A stretch of 16,364 bases of DNA. Origin: Myxococcota bacterium (GTDB taxonomy: Bacteria; Myxococcota_A; Polyangia; Polyangiales; Sandaracinaceae). The DNA lies in the NCBI GenBank assembly GCA_036149055.1, contig JAYZQJ010000094.1, forward strand, positions 1-16,364, in the 5' to 3' direction. Shown piece after piece: positions 8,391 through 15,542 of the stretch. The notes below the pieces were generated by a model. The model did no database searches. It saw only the letters and a program-made list of their open reading frames with translations, and was not told the origin of the DNA. Position 1 is the stretch's first letter; each line of letters begins with the position of its first letter. The position numbers and the translations under genes are program-made.

Positions 8391-10115
8391 GTGACCCCGT
8401 CGATCGCCATCGTCTTCGGGCTGGTGCTGCTGGCGCTGGTCCTCTTCGCGTGGGAGCGCGTCTCCTACGACGTCACCGCGCTCGTCGTCTGCGTCACCCT
8501 CATGGTGACCGGGATCTTGACCCCCGAGGAGGGCCTCGCGGGGTTCGCGAACCCGGCGACGATCACCATCGGCGCGATGTTCGTCCTCAGCGAGGGGCTG
8601 CGGCGCACCGGCGCGCTCGCGCACGTGGGGCAGCTCTTCCGGGGGCTGGCGACCCGGAGCCGGTGGCTGGCGATCGCCGGCATGATGGCCGCGGTCGGGC
8701 TCGTCAGCGGCTTCATCAACAACACCGCCGCGATCGCGATCGTCATCCCCGTGGTCCTCTCCATCTCGAAGGATCTCGGGCTGAGCCCCTCGAAGCTGCT
8801 GATGCCGATCAGCTTCGTCTCGATGCTCGGCGGGGTCTGCACGCTCATCGGCAGCTCGACGAACATCCTCGTCAGCTCCATCGCCGAGGATCGCGGCCTC
8901 GCGCCCTTCGGCATGTTCGAGATGGCGCCGCTCGGGCTGATCTTCCTGGCGGTCGGGTTCGTCTACCTGGCGACGATCGGCCTCCGCCTCACCCCCGCCC
9001 GCCGCAGCCTCGAGGACCTGACCGCGCGCTTCGGCGTGCGCCGCTACCTGACCGACGTGCTCGTCTCCGACCCGACGGTGGACGCGCGCGCCGTCTTCGC
9101 GGACCGCGCCATCGACGTCGTCGAGGTCTTCCCGCGCGAGACCGGCCGGGTCGTGCGGGTGGTCGCGGCGCCGTCGGCCATCGCCGAGCTCGTGACCCGC
9201 GAGGACGTGCAGCTCGAGCCGCCGCGCGCGTGGGCGGACGCGGAGCTCCGGACCGGGGAGCGCGAGCTCGTCGAGGCGGTGGTGGCGCCGGACGCGCCCT
9301 TCGTCGGCCACCGCATCGAGGAGATCGACTTCCCCGAGCAGTTCGCGGCCGTGGTCCTGGCGGTGCGACGCCCCCACGAGGTCCAGAACGAGCGGCTGGC
9401 GAGCTGCGAGCTGCGTGGGGGTGACTCGCTGCTGCTCTCCGCGGCCCGAGAGCAGGTCGCCGCGATGAGCCGCGATCCCTCGTTCGTGATCGTCTCGGAG
9501 GTCGAGCGGCCGCCCGAGAGCCGCCGCCGGAAGCTGCCCATCGCGCTGCTCGTGCTCGGGGCGGTCGTCGCCCTCGCCGCCTTCGACGTGGTGCCGATCG
9601 TGGTCGGCGCCCTCGCGGGCTGCGTCGCGCTGATGCTCACCCGCACCCTCCGGCCGCGCGAGGCCTACGAGAGCGTCAGCTGGAAGGTGATCTTCCTGCT
9701 CGCCGGCGTGATCCCGCTCGGCACCGCGATGGACCGGACCGGGGCCGCGTCGCTCCTCTCGCACCTCTTCACCGACGGCCTCGGCCCCATGGGTCCCCAC
9801 GTGGTGCTGGCCGGCTTCTTCGGCACGTCGCTCCTCCTCACCAACGTCGTCTCGAACCAGGCCACCGCCGCCCTGCTCGCGCCGATCGCGATCGAGTGCG
9901 CCACCCTGCTCGAGGTGAGCGCCCGACCGATGCTCATGGCGGTGACCTTCGCCGCCTCGCTGAGCTTCATGACCCCGGTCGGCTACCAGACGAACACCCT
10001 CGTCTACGGCCCCGGGAGCTACCGCTTCACCGACTTCACCCGGGTCGGCGCCCCCCTCGACCTCATCCTGTGGGGCCTCGCCGTCTTGCTCATCCCGGCC
10101 CTCTGGCCCTTCTGA
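8391..10115 (+). CDS. SLC13/DASS-family permease with central TrkA-C (RCK_C) region (YfbS-like)
   Basis: GFANPATITI, SGFINNTA, SPSKLLMPISF, TLIGSSTN, SNQATA and TPVGYQTN...GPGSYRFTDF motifs. Central soluble region contains APFVGHRI...LRGGDSLL. Confidence 0.92.
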   Translation: MTPSIAIVFGLVLLALVLFAWERVSYDVTALVVCVTLMVTGILTPEEGLAGFANPATITIGAMFVLSEGLRRTGALAHVGQLFRGLATRSRWLAIAGMMAAVGLVSGFINNTAAIAIVIPVVLSISKDLGLSPSKLLMPISFVSMLGGVCTLIGSSTNILVSSIAEDRGLAPFGMFEMAPLGLIFLAVGFVYLATIGLRLTPARRSLEDLTARFGVRRYLTDVLVSDPTVDARAVFADRAIDVVEVFPRETGRVVRVVAAPSAIAELVTREDVQLEPPRAWADAELRTGERELVEAVVAPDAPFVGHRIEEIDFPEQFAAVVLAVRRPHEVQNERLASCELRGGDSLLLSAAREQVAAMSRDPSFVIVSEVERPPESRRRKLPIALLVLGAVVALAAFDVVPIVVGALAGCVALMLTRTLRPREAYESVSWKVIFLLAGVIPLGTAMDRTGAASLLSHLFTDGLGPMGPHVVLAGFFGTSLLLTNVVSNQATAALLAPIAIECATLLEVSARPMLMAVTFAASLSFMTPVGYQTNTLVYGPGSYRFTDFTRVGAPLDLILWGLAVLLIPALWPF

Positions 10116-10163
10116 CTGGCACTGTCTGACACGAGCTCACGCTCGAAGCGCGGAGGCCGCGCG

Positions 10164-10180
10164 CGGCACGACCAATGCAA
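10164..10180 (+). promoter_or_regulatory. Putative sigma54 (-24/-12) promoter
   Basis: CGGCACG-ACCA-ATGCAA: GG 10165-66, 10 nt, GC 10177-78, close to consensus TGGCACG-N4-TTGCW. AGGAGG RBS and ATG 10204 follow. Confidence 0.7.
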
Positions 10181-10203
10181 AGTTCGATGGCAGGAGGACC
10201 GAC

Positions 10204-10731
10204 ATGAAGAAGCCCCCGCTGTCTCTGCTCGCACTGGGCTTGCTCGTACTGGGCTTGCTCACCAGCGCCTGCTCCAGCGCCGCGCCGACGCTGACCGCGG
10301 CCGAGCTGATGGCCGCCCCCGAGGCCTACGTCGACGTGACGGTCGAGCTCACCGGCTCCCCCCTCGACTACGGCTACGCGGTCAACGCCGCCGCATGCGA
10401 CGCGCCGGGCCCCTGCAACAACCTGGGCGGGCCGCACCGACTGGCCGGCACGGACGTGTTCGTCGCGCCGAGCGCGAGCTTCCCGTCGGACGGCCCCGTG
10501 GCCGAGGGGGTCAGCCCGCAGCCCTGCTACGACGCCATCTGCGAGCCGCGGCGGCTCGGCTGCCACGGCAACGACGCCGAGGCGTTCTGCGCGCCCGACC
10601 TCCCGATGAACATCGAGCGCGTCGTCGCGCGGCTGACCCGGGTCGACGGGCGGCTGCAGCTCGAGGTCGACGACTACGTGCTCGCGGAGACGCGCGTCGC
10701 GGCCGACGGCATCCACCTCCCCGCGGAGTGA
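10204..10731 (+). CDS. Cys-rich lipoprotein of unknown function
   Basis: AGGAGG RBS, MKK n-region, Leu-rich h-region, lipobox TSA-C. Six further Cys in the mature part. Confidence 0.8.
   Translation: MKKPPLSLLALGLLVLGLLTSACSSAAPTLTAAELMAAPEAYVDVTVELTGSPLDYGYAVNAAACDAPGPCNNLGGPHRLAGTDVFVAPSASFPSDGPVAEGVSPQPCYDAICEPRRLGCHGNDAEAFCAPDLPMNIERVVARLTRVDGRLQLEVDDYVLAETRVAADGIHLPAE
10231..10260 (+). repeat. 15-bp tandem duplication in the lipoprotein signal peptide
   Basis: GCACTGGGCTTGCTC GTACTGGGCTTGCTC (1 mismatch), in frame, encoding ALGLL VLGLL. Confidence 0.8.
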
Positions 10732-10770
10732 CCGCTTCCCGAACGCGCGCCTCGCCCCTACCCTCCGCGC

Positions 10771-11238
10771 GTGGGGGACGCGGCGTTTCGGTTCGGGTAC
10801 CGGTGGCTCTTCGCCTCGATGCTCGGCATGGTCGGGCTCGGCGCGCTGCTGATCGTCGCCGACACCCGGTGGCTGCCCTGGTACCCGGCGGCGATGACCG
10901 AGGCCTTCTGGGGCGCCGCGGAGCTGCCCCCCGAGGTCGTGCGCTACCACCGCTTCGTGCACGCCGTGCTCGGCGCGACGATCCTCAGCTGGGCGGTGGC
11001 CCTGCTCTTCGTCCTGCGCGGGCCGTTCCGGGAGCGACGGCGCTGGGCCTACGGCTGCGTGGCCGTCTCGCTGCTGTCCTGGTTCGTGCCGGACACGGCC
11101 GCGTCGCTCTTCCACGGCGCCTGGCCGAATGCGGTGTTCAACCTGACCGCGCTCGTCGCGCTCGGAGCCCCGCTGGTCTTCCTACGACGCGCCTTCGCGA
11201 TCGACCGGCCGGACCTCGACGTCGGGGCGGACGCGTAA
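10771..11238 (+). CDS. Hypothetical integral membrane protein (~4 TM)
   Basis: Four hydrophobic segments and a W.VPDT..S......NA.FN pattern. GC3-rich codons. Confidence 0.72.
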   Translation: MGDAAFRFGYRWLFASMLGMVGLGALLIVADTRWLPWYPAAMTEAFWGAAELPPEVVRYHRFVHAVLGATILSWAVALLFVLRGPFRERRRWAYGCVAVSLLSWFVPDTAASLFHGAWPNAVFNLTALVALGAPLVFLRRAFAIDRPDLDVGADA

Positions 11239-12351
11239 CGCGGCGCCCTTCACCTCGCGGTCGAGCGTCAGCAGCGCGCCCCGCTCGGCGCCGTCGAGCG
11301 CCGCGCTCGCGTCGCTCCGCTCGCGGTCGATGCGCCGCAGCCGCACCAGCCCCGCCTGCCCGCAGAGATCCCACTCCGTCTTGCCCTTGGAGCGCACCGG
11401 GCCGCCGACCACGCGGTGCGCGCGGGGGCTGCGATCGGCGACGTCCCACAGCCGCCGGCCGTCCGCCCGCAGGGTGAGGTAGGCGTAGGTCAGGCGCTGC
11501 CGCCGGAGCCCGGCGCTCTCCGCCCGCGCGTCGAGGCCCTCCGGCAGATCGAACGGGAGCTGGTCGTGGCACCAGTCACGCTCGCGCTCGAGCAGCGGGC
11601 AGGGGCCGTCGCGCAGGCACGGCGCGAACACCTGCGAGGCCAGCCGGTCGCGCAGGGTCTGCAGCTCGCGCGAGAGCGCGCGGGTGGCCGGCTCGATCAC
11701 CACGAGCGAGCCCCCGGGCCGGAGCCGGTCGACCATCGATCGCAGCGCCGCCTCCCGCGCGTCGAGCCGATCGGCCTCCTCCCGGTCCGCGTAGAGCTCG
11801 TTGAGCGCGAGCCCCATCACCACCAGGTCCGCCGGCGGGAGCGACGCGATCTCGAGGCTCTCCAGGTCGGCCCGGCGCGCCTCGAGGGTCATCTCCGGGA
11901 CGAGCCCCTCGGCGTGCGCCTCCCGCGCCAGCACCCCGAAGACGTCGAGGCTCGCGGCGTCCTGCTCGACCGCCGTGATCTGCAGCCTCCGTGCGCCCGC
12001 GCGCTTCGCCAGCTCCGCCAGCCCGAGGCTGGTGGTGCCGAGCCCGGCGCCGAGATCGAGGACCCTCCAGGTGTCCCCCGACGGCAGCCCACCGGCGAGG
12101 GCGAGCTCCGCGAGGGGCCCCTGGATCTTCGGGAGATCGCGGAGCAGGAAGAAGCGGAGCCGGGCCGCGAGCGCGTCACTGGCGAGGCCGATCTGGGCCC
12201 GCTCCCGGGTGTAGAGCTCGCTGAGGCGGATGATCTCGGCGGCGAGCGCGTCGCCGGTGCGGTCATCGCGCCCGAGCACGCGGGGAGCGATCCGGTCGAC
12301 GAGGGACACCCAGCGGGGATCGAGGGGGGCGGCGGTCGGAAGAGGCGACAT
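11182..12351 (-). CDS. Rsm22/METTL17-family SAM-dependent methyltransferase-like protein
   Basis: SAM motif VLDLGAGLG, ALNEL, LVVIEPA, APCLRDGPCP...DWCH, YAYL and a distal LC. Start trimmed to ATG 12351. Confidence 0.85.
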   Translation of the reverse strand: MSPLPTAAPLDPRWVSLVDRIAPRVLGRDDRTGDALAAEIIRLSELYTRERAQIGLASDALAARLRFFLLRDLPKIQGPLAELALAGGLPSGDTWRVLDLGAGLGTTSLGLAELAKRAGARRLQITAVEQDAASLDVFGVLAREAHAEGLVPEMTLEARRADLESLEIASLPPADLVVMGLALNELYADREEADRLDAREAALRSMVDRLRPGGSLVVIEPATRALSRELQTLRDRLASQVFAPCLRDGPCPLLERERDWCHDQLPFDLPEGLDARAESAGLRRQRLTYAYLTLRADGRRLWDVADRSPRAHRVVGGPVRSKGKTEWDLCGQAGLVRLRRIDRERSDASAALDGAERGALLTLDREVKGAALRVRPDVEVRPVDREGAS

Positions 12352-12362
12352 TCGAGGCCCCG

Positions 12363-12372
12363 GGTTATAACC
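12363..12372. promoter_or_regulatory. Palindromic -10-like element between divergent genes
   Basis: GGTTATAACC is a perfect palindrome giving TATAAC on both strands, in the 84-bp gap between the Rsm22-like gene and ccmC. Confidence 0.55.
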
Positions 12373-12435
12373 TCCGGCGGTGGCTCCGGTAGCCCCTGGA
12401 AACCGGGGGCCCCTGGCCCCACCCCCCGCGAAACC

Positions 12436-13149
12436 ATGAAGGACTCGAGCTCCACCCGCCCGCCCCTCGGCTGGCTCGTGCTGGCGGCCATCACCATGGC
12501 GCTGGTGCTGGTCAGCGTGTGGGCCACGTTCGTCCACGCGCCGGTCGAGATGCGCATGGGCGTCGTGCAGAAGATCTTCTACATCCACGTGCCGAGCGCG
12601 TACGCGATGTACGTCGGCTTCGTGGTCTGCGCGGTCGGCTCGGCGATCTTCCTCGTGAAGCGCGACGAGAAGTGGGACGCGCTGGCGGTGGCCGGCGCGG
12701 AGGTGGGCCTCCTCTTCTGCCTCGTCGTGCTCATCACCGGCCCGCTCTGGGCGCGCAAGGCGTGGGGCTACTGGTGGACCTGGGACCCGCGCCTGACCAC
12801 CACGCTGCTGGCCGGCATGATCTTCACCGCCTACGTCGTGCTCCGCTCCTTCGGCGGAGGCGAGGCGGAGCGGCGCTTCGCCGCCGGGCTGGCGATCGTC
12901 GGCCTCTTCGACCTGCCCGTGATCCACTACTCCGTGCAGCGATGGCGGGGCACGCACCCGACCGTCATCAGCTCGCGCGGCGGCGGGCTGCACCCCGACA
13001 TGACGCACGCGCTGCTCGTCGGGTTCGTGCTCTTCACCGCGCTCGTCGCGCTCCTGATCTGGACGCGCACCCGCACCGAACGCGACCGGCAAGCGCTCCA
13101 GGCGCTCGAGCTGGAGGCGGCGGAGCGCGGGCTCTTGGAGGACCTATGA
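12436..13149 (+). CDS. ccmC: Cytochrome c biogenesis heme exporter CcmC
   Basis: IFYIHVPSA (first His), Trp-rich WWD motif TGPLWARKAWGYWWTWDPRLT, IHYSVQRWRGTHP (second His), six TM segments. Confidence 0.93.
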   Translation: MKDSSSTRPPLGWLVLAAITMALVLVSVWATFVHAPVEMRMGVVQKIFYIHVPSAYAMYVGFVVCAVGSAIFLVKRDEKWDALAVAGAEVGLLFCLVVLITGPLWARKAWGYWWTWDPRLTTTLLAGMIFTAYVVLRSFGGGEAERRFAAGLAIVGLFDLPVIHYSVQRWRGTHPTVISSRGGGLHPDMTHALLVGFVLFTALVALLIWTRTRTERDRQALQALELEAAERGLLEDL

Positions 13150-13430
13150 AGTCGCTCGGGATGTTGCTCTTCGTGCTCGGGCTGTCGCTCTCGCCGCTCA
13201 CCGCGCTCGCGCAGGACGGCGAGGACGCCGGGGAGTCGCGGGCGGAGACCTTCCAGGCCGCCGAGGGCGCTCAGACCGAGAACATTCCCGGCGGGATGCT
13301 GATGGTCGGCGCCTATGGGGTGACCCTGGTGCTCGTCCTCGGCTACGTGGTCTCGATCGGGATGCGGCAGGCCCGCACGGCGCGGGAGCTCGAGCGGCTG
13401 CGCGCCGACCTCTCCAAGCGCGAGGGCTGA
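13146..13430 (+). CDS. CcmD-like small membrane protein with N-terminal signal peptide
   Basis: ATGA overlap with the ccmC stop. AYGVTLVLVLGYVVSI TM followed by the charged helix RQARTARELERL, the CcmD pattern. Confidence 0.75.
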   Translation: MKSLGMLLFVLGLSLSPLTALAQDGEDAGESRAETFQAAEGAQTENIPGGMLMVGAYGVTLVLVLGYVVSIGMRQARTARELERLRADLSKREG

Positions 13431-13432
13431 GC

Positions 13433-13558
13433 TTGCCGGTCGAGCACATCATCTACATCCCCGGCATCCTCCTGGTGGGCGTCGCCGTCGGATACGTGCT
13501 CGGCGCCCGGGCCGCCCGCGCGGAGCTGGACCGGCGACGCCGCGAGCGGCGCAAGTGA
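13433..13558 (+). CDS. 41-aa single-pass membrane protein (absent from ORF track)
   Basis: TTG 13433 to TGA 13558 translates as MPVEHIIYIPGILLVGVAVGYVLGARAARAELDRRRRERRK. It fills the gap between neighbours, has GAGGG upstream, and nearly all third codon positions are G/C. Confidence 0.8.
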   Translation: MPVEHIIYIPGILLVGVAVGYVLGARAARAELDRRRRERRK

Positions 13559-13574
13559 GCGCTACGAGAGCACC

Positions 13575-14525
13575 GTGAGAGCCCGGGTCACCCTCCCCGC
13601 CTTCATCGCGCTCGCCGTCGCCCTGACCGCCAGCGCCCAGGACGACGCGCTGCCCTTCGTGGGCGCGAGCGACGATCAGGACACGATCCTCGATCGCCTC
13701 TCCACGCGGGTCCCGCGGGAGCTCGAGCAGGTCGGCACCAGCAGCGTGACGCTCAAGCTCGACCTGGGGGTCGGCGCGAACGCCGCCTTCAAGCCGCGGA
13801 CCCGCAGCCACCCGCGCGGCTACCTGTCCGAGATCGCCGCCTACCGCGTCGCGCGCGCGCTCGAGATGGACAACGTCCCCCCGGTCGTGGGGCTGCGCAT
13901 CCCGAGGAGGCTGATGGAGGCGCGCTTCACCAGCGACCACGAGGAGGACTGGGAGGCGATCCGGCAGGAGATCCTGTGGGACGCGCCCGGGGTCGCGCGC
14001 GGGGCCTCGATCCACTGGATCCCCCGCATGCGCTCGACCCCGCTGGCCACCTACGAGGGCCTCTCCGAGGCCGGCCCCTGGCTCCGGATCGACCAGCCGA
14101 TGCCGCCGCCCGAGCGCAGCGCCATCGCGCGCGACCTCTCCACCATGCTCGCCTTCGACTATCTGATCGGGAACTGGGACCGGTTCAGCGGCGGCAACGT
14201 CTCGACCGACGACGGCGAGCAGAGGCTCTTCGTCCGGGACCACAACGTCGCGTTCCAGGCGCCGCTCACCGACCACCGCTACGAGCGCCTCCGCGGGCTC
14301 CTCGAGCGCAGCCAGCGCTTCTCGCGCGCCTTCGTGGAGGCGGTGCGAGGCCTGGGCGAGGCGCGGATCCGGGCCGCGCTGGCCGAGGATCCCGAGGCCG
14401 AGATCCGGGACATCCTCAGCGACGAGCAGATCGACGGCGTGCTCTCCCGGCGGCGCGCCTTCCTGTCCTACGTGGGCGCGCTCATCGCGCTCCACGGCGA
14501 GGCGGCCGTCCTCGCATGGGAGTGA
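13575..14525 (+). CDS. Secreted atypical kinase, Fam20C/Four-jointed/PI3-4K-like fold
   Basis: Signal peptide (..ALTASA-QDD), AFKP, SEIAAYRVARALEMDNVPPVVG, FDYLIGNWDR and LFVRDHN. Confidence 0.78.
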   Translation: MRARVTLPAFIALAVALTASAQDDALPFVGASDDQDTILDRLSTRVPRELEQVGTSSVTLKLDLGVGANAAFKPRTRSHPRGYLSEIAAYRVARALEMDNVPPVVGLRIPRRLMEARFTSDHEEDWEAIRQEILWDAPGVARGASIHWIPRMRSTPLATYEGLSEAGPWLRIDQPMPPPERSAIARDLSTMLAFDYLIGNWDRFSGGNVSTDDGEQRLFVRDHNVAFQAPLTDHRYERLRGLLERSQRFSRAFVEAVRGLGEARIRAALAEDPEAEIRDILSDEQIDGVLSRRRAFLSYVGALIALHGEAAVLAWE

Positions 14526-14866
14526 CGCTCGCGCTTCTCGCCGGGGTCGGCGCCGGAGCAGCCGTCGCCTGGCTTCTCTGGGGGCGGCCGCTGAGCGCGC
14601 GGCGGCGGGAGGCGCTCGAGCTCGACGCCCGGCTCCGTCGCCTGGTGATCCCGGTGCTGGAGCGGCGTGCGGACGTCCTGGCGATCCCCCCGTCGGAGCG
14701 CGGCCGAGACGCGGACGGGGCCCTCGCGTTGACCCTGACCCTCGCGAGCGCCATCAAGGAGCAAGAAGAATCCGTCGACCTGCCGTTCGGTGATACGGTC
14801 GAGGTCGCGCGAGCCGAGCTCGACGAAGAGCTGAGGGCTCGCGGTAGGCGTCCGGAGGAGACGTGA
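14522..14866 (+). CDS. Hypothetical N-terminally membrane-anchored protein
   Basis: GTGA overlaps at both ends (alternative ATG 14516). Hydrophobic N-terminal helix followed by a basic stretch and a helical soluble part. Confidence 0.65.
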   Translation: MTLALLAGVGAGAAVAWLLWGRPLSARRREALELDARLRRLVIPVLERRADVLAIPPSERGRDADGALALTLTLASAIKEQEESVDLPFGDTVEVARAELDEELRARGRRPEET

Positions 14867-15537
14867 GTGAAGAGAAGCTGCGCGCAGCGATGGGTGATCT
14901 GCTGGCCCTGGTGGTGCACGACCTGCGGAACCCGGTGGCCACGATCAGCGCCAACGTCTCCTTCGTGAAGGAGGTCGGCGCCGGCGACGACGAGGACGTG
15001 ATCGAGGCGCTCGACGACGTGGAGACCGCGCTGGGCGACCTCATGCGAGGCCTGGAGCAGGTGGGCTGGGTCGGGCGCTGGATCGCGGGGCAGGCGTCGA
15101 TGGAGGGCGCGGCCGGCGACCTCCGGAGCGCGGTCGAGGCCGGGGTGCGGCGCACCCACACCTCGCTCTCCGTCACGCTCCCGAGCGAGCCGATCGAGGT
15201 CGGGCGGGCGGGCGGAGCGCTGGCGCGGGTCGTCGAGCTGCTCGTGCGCAACGCGCTCGCGAACGCCGCGCCCGAGACCGTGCACGTGATCGTCCGTGAC
15301 GGCGGCGCCGAGGGCGTCGTCGAGGTGCGAGACGCGGGCCGGGCGATCGGCGAGGAGCTCCGCGAGGCCGCCTTCACGCTCGAAGGCCAGCAGATCCTCA
15401 AGGGCCGCGCGGACGGGAGATACTCGCGGGTCGTGGGCTTGCTCGCGGTGCGCACCCTCGTCGACTCGCTGGGCGCGAGCGTCGAGGCGGACGGACAGGA
15501 CGGCGACGCGGTCTTCCGCGTCCGCGTCCCGAAGTAG
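14863..15537 (+). CDS. Sensorless histidine kinase-like protein (HisKA + HATPase_c) with degenerate G2 box
   Basis: H-box VHDLRNP at residues 17-23, N-box LVRNAL, G1 VRDAG, F-box AFT. G2 region reads YSRVVGLL instead of GxGLGL. Confidence 0.85.
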   Translation: MSEEKLRAAMGDLLALVVHDLRNPVATISANVSFVKEVGAGDDEDVIEALDDVETALGDLMRGLEQVGWVGRWIAGQASMEGAAGDLRSAVEAGVRRTHTSLSVTLPSEPIEVGRAGGALARVVELLVRNALANAAPETVHVIVRDGGAEGVVEVRDAGRAIGEELREAAFTLEGQQILKGRADGRYSRVVGLLAVRTLVDSLGASVEADGQDGDAVFRVRVPK

Positions 15538-15542
15538 CGGCC

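Noticed and set aside
10117..10131. Second TGGCAC as a sigma54 promoter
   Set aside because: No GC at the required 10-nt spacing.
11182..13149. Long N-terminal extensions of the Rsm22-like (636 aa) and CcmC (577 aa) ORFs as mutual overlaps or fusions
   Set aside because: Each extension is the antisense shadow of the other gene. Family motifs begin only after ATG 12351 and ATG 12436.
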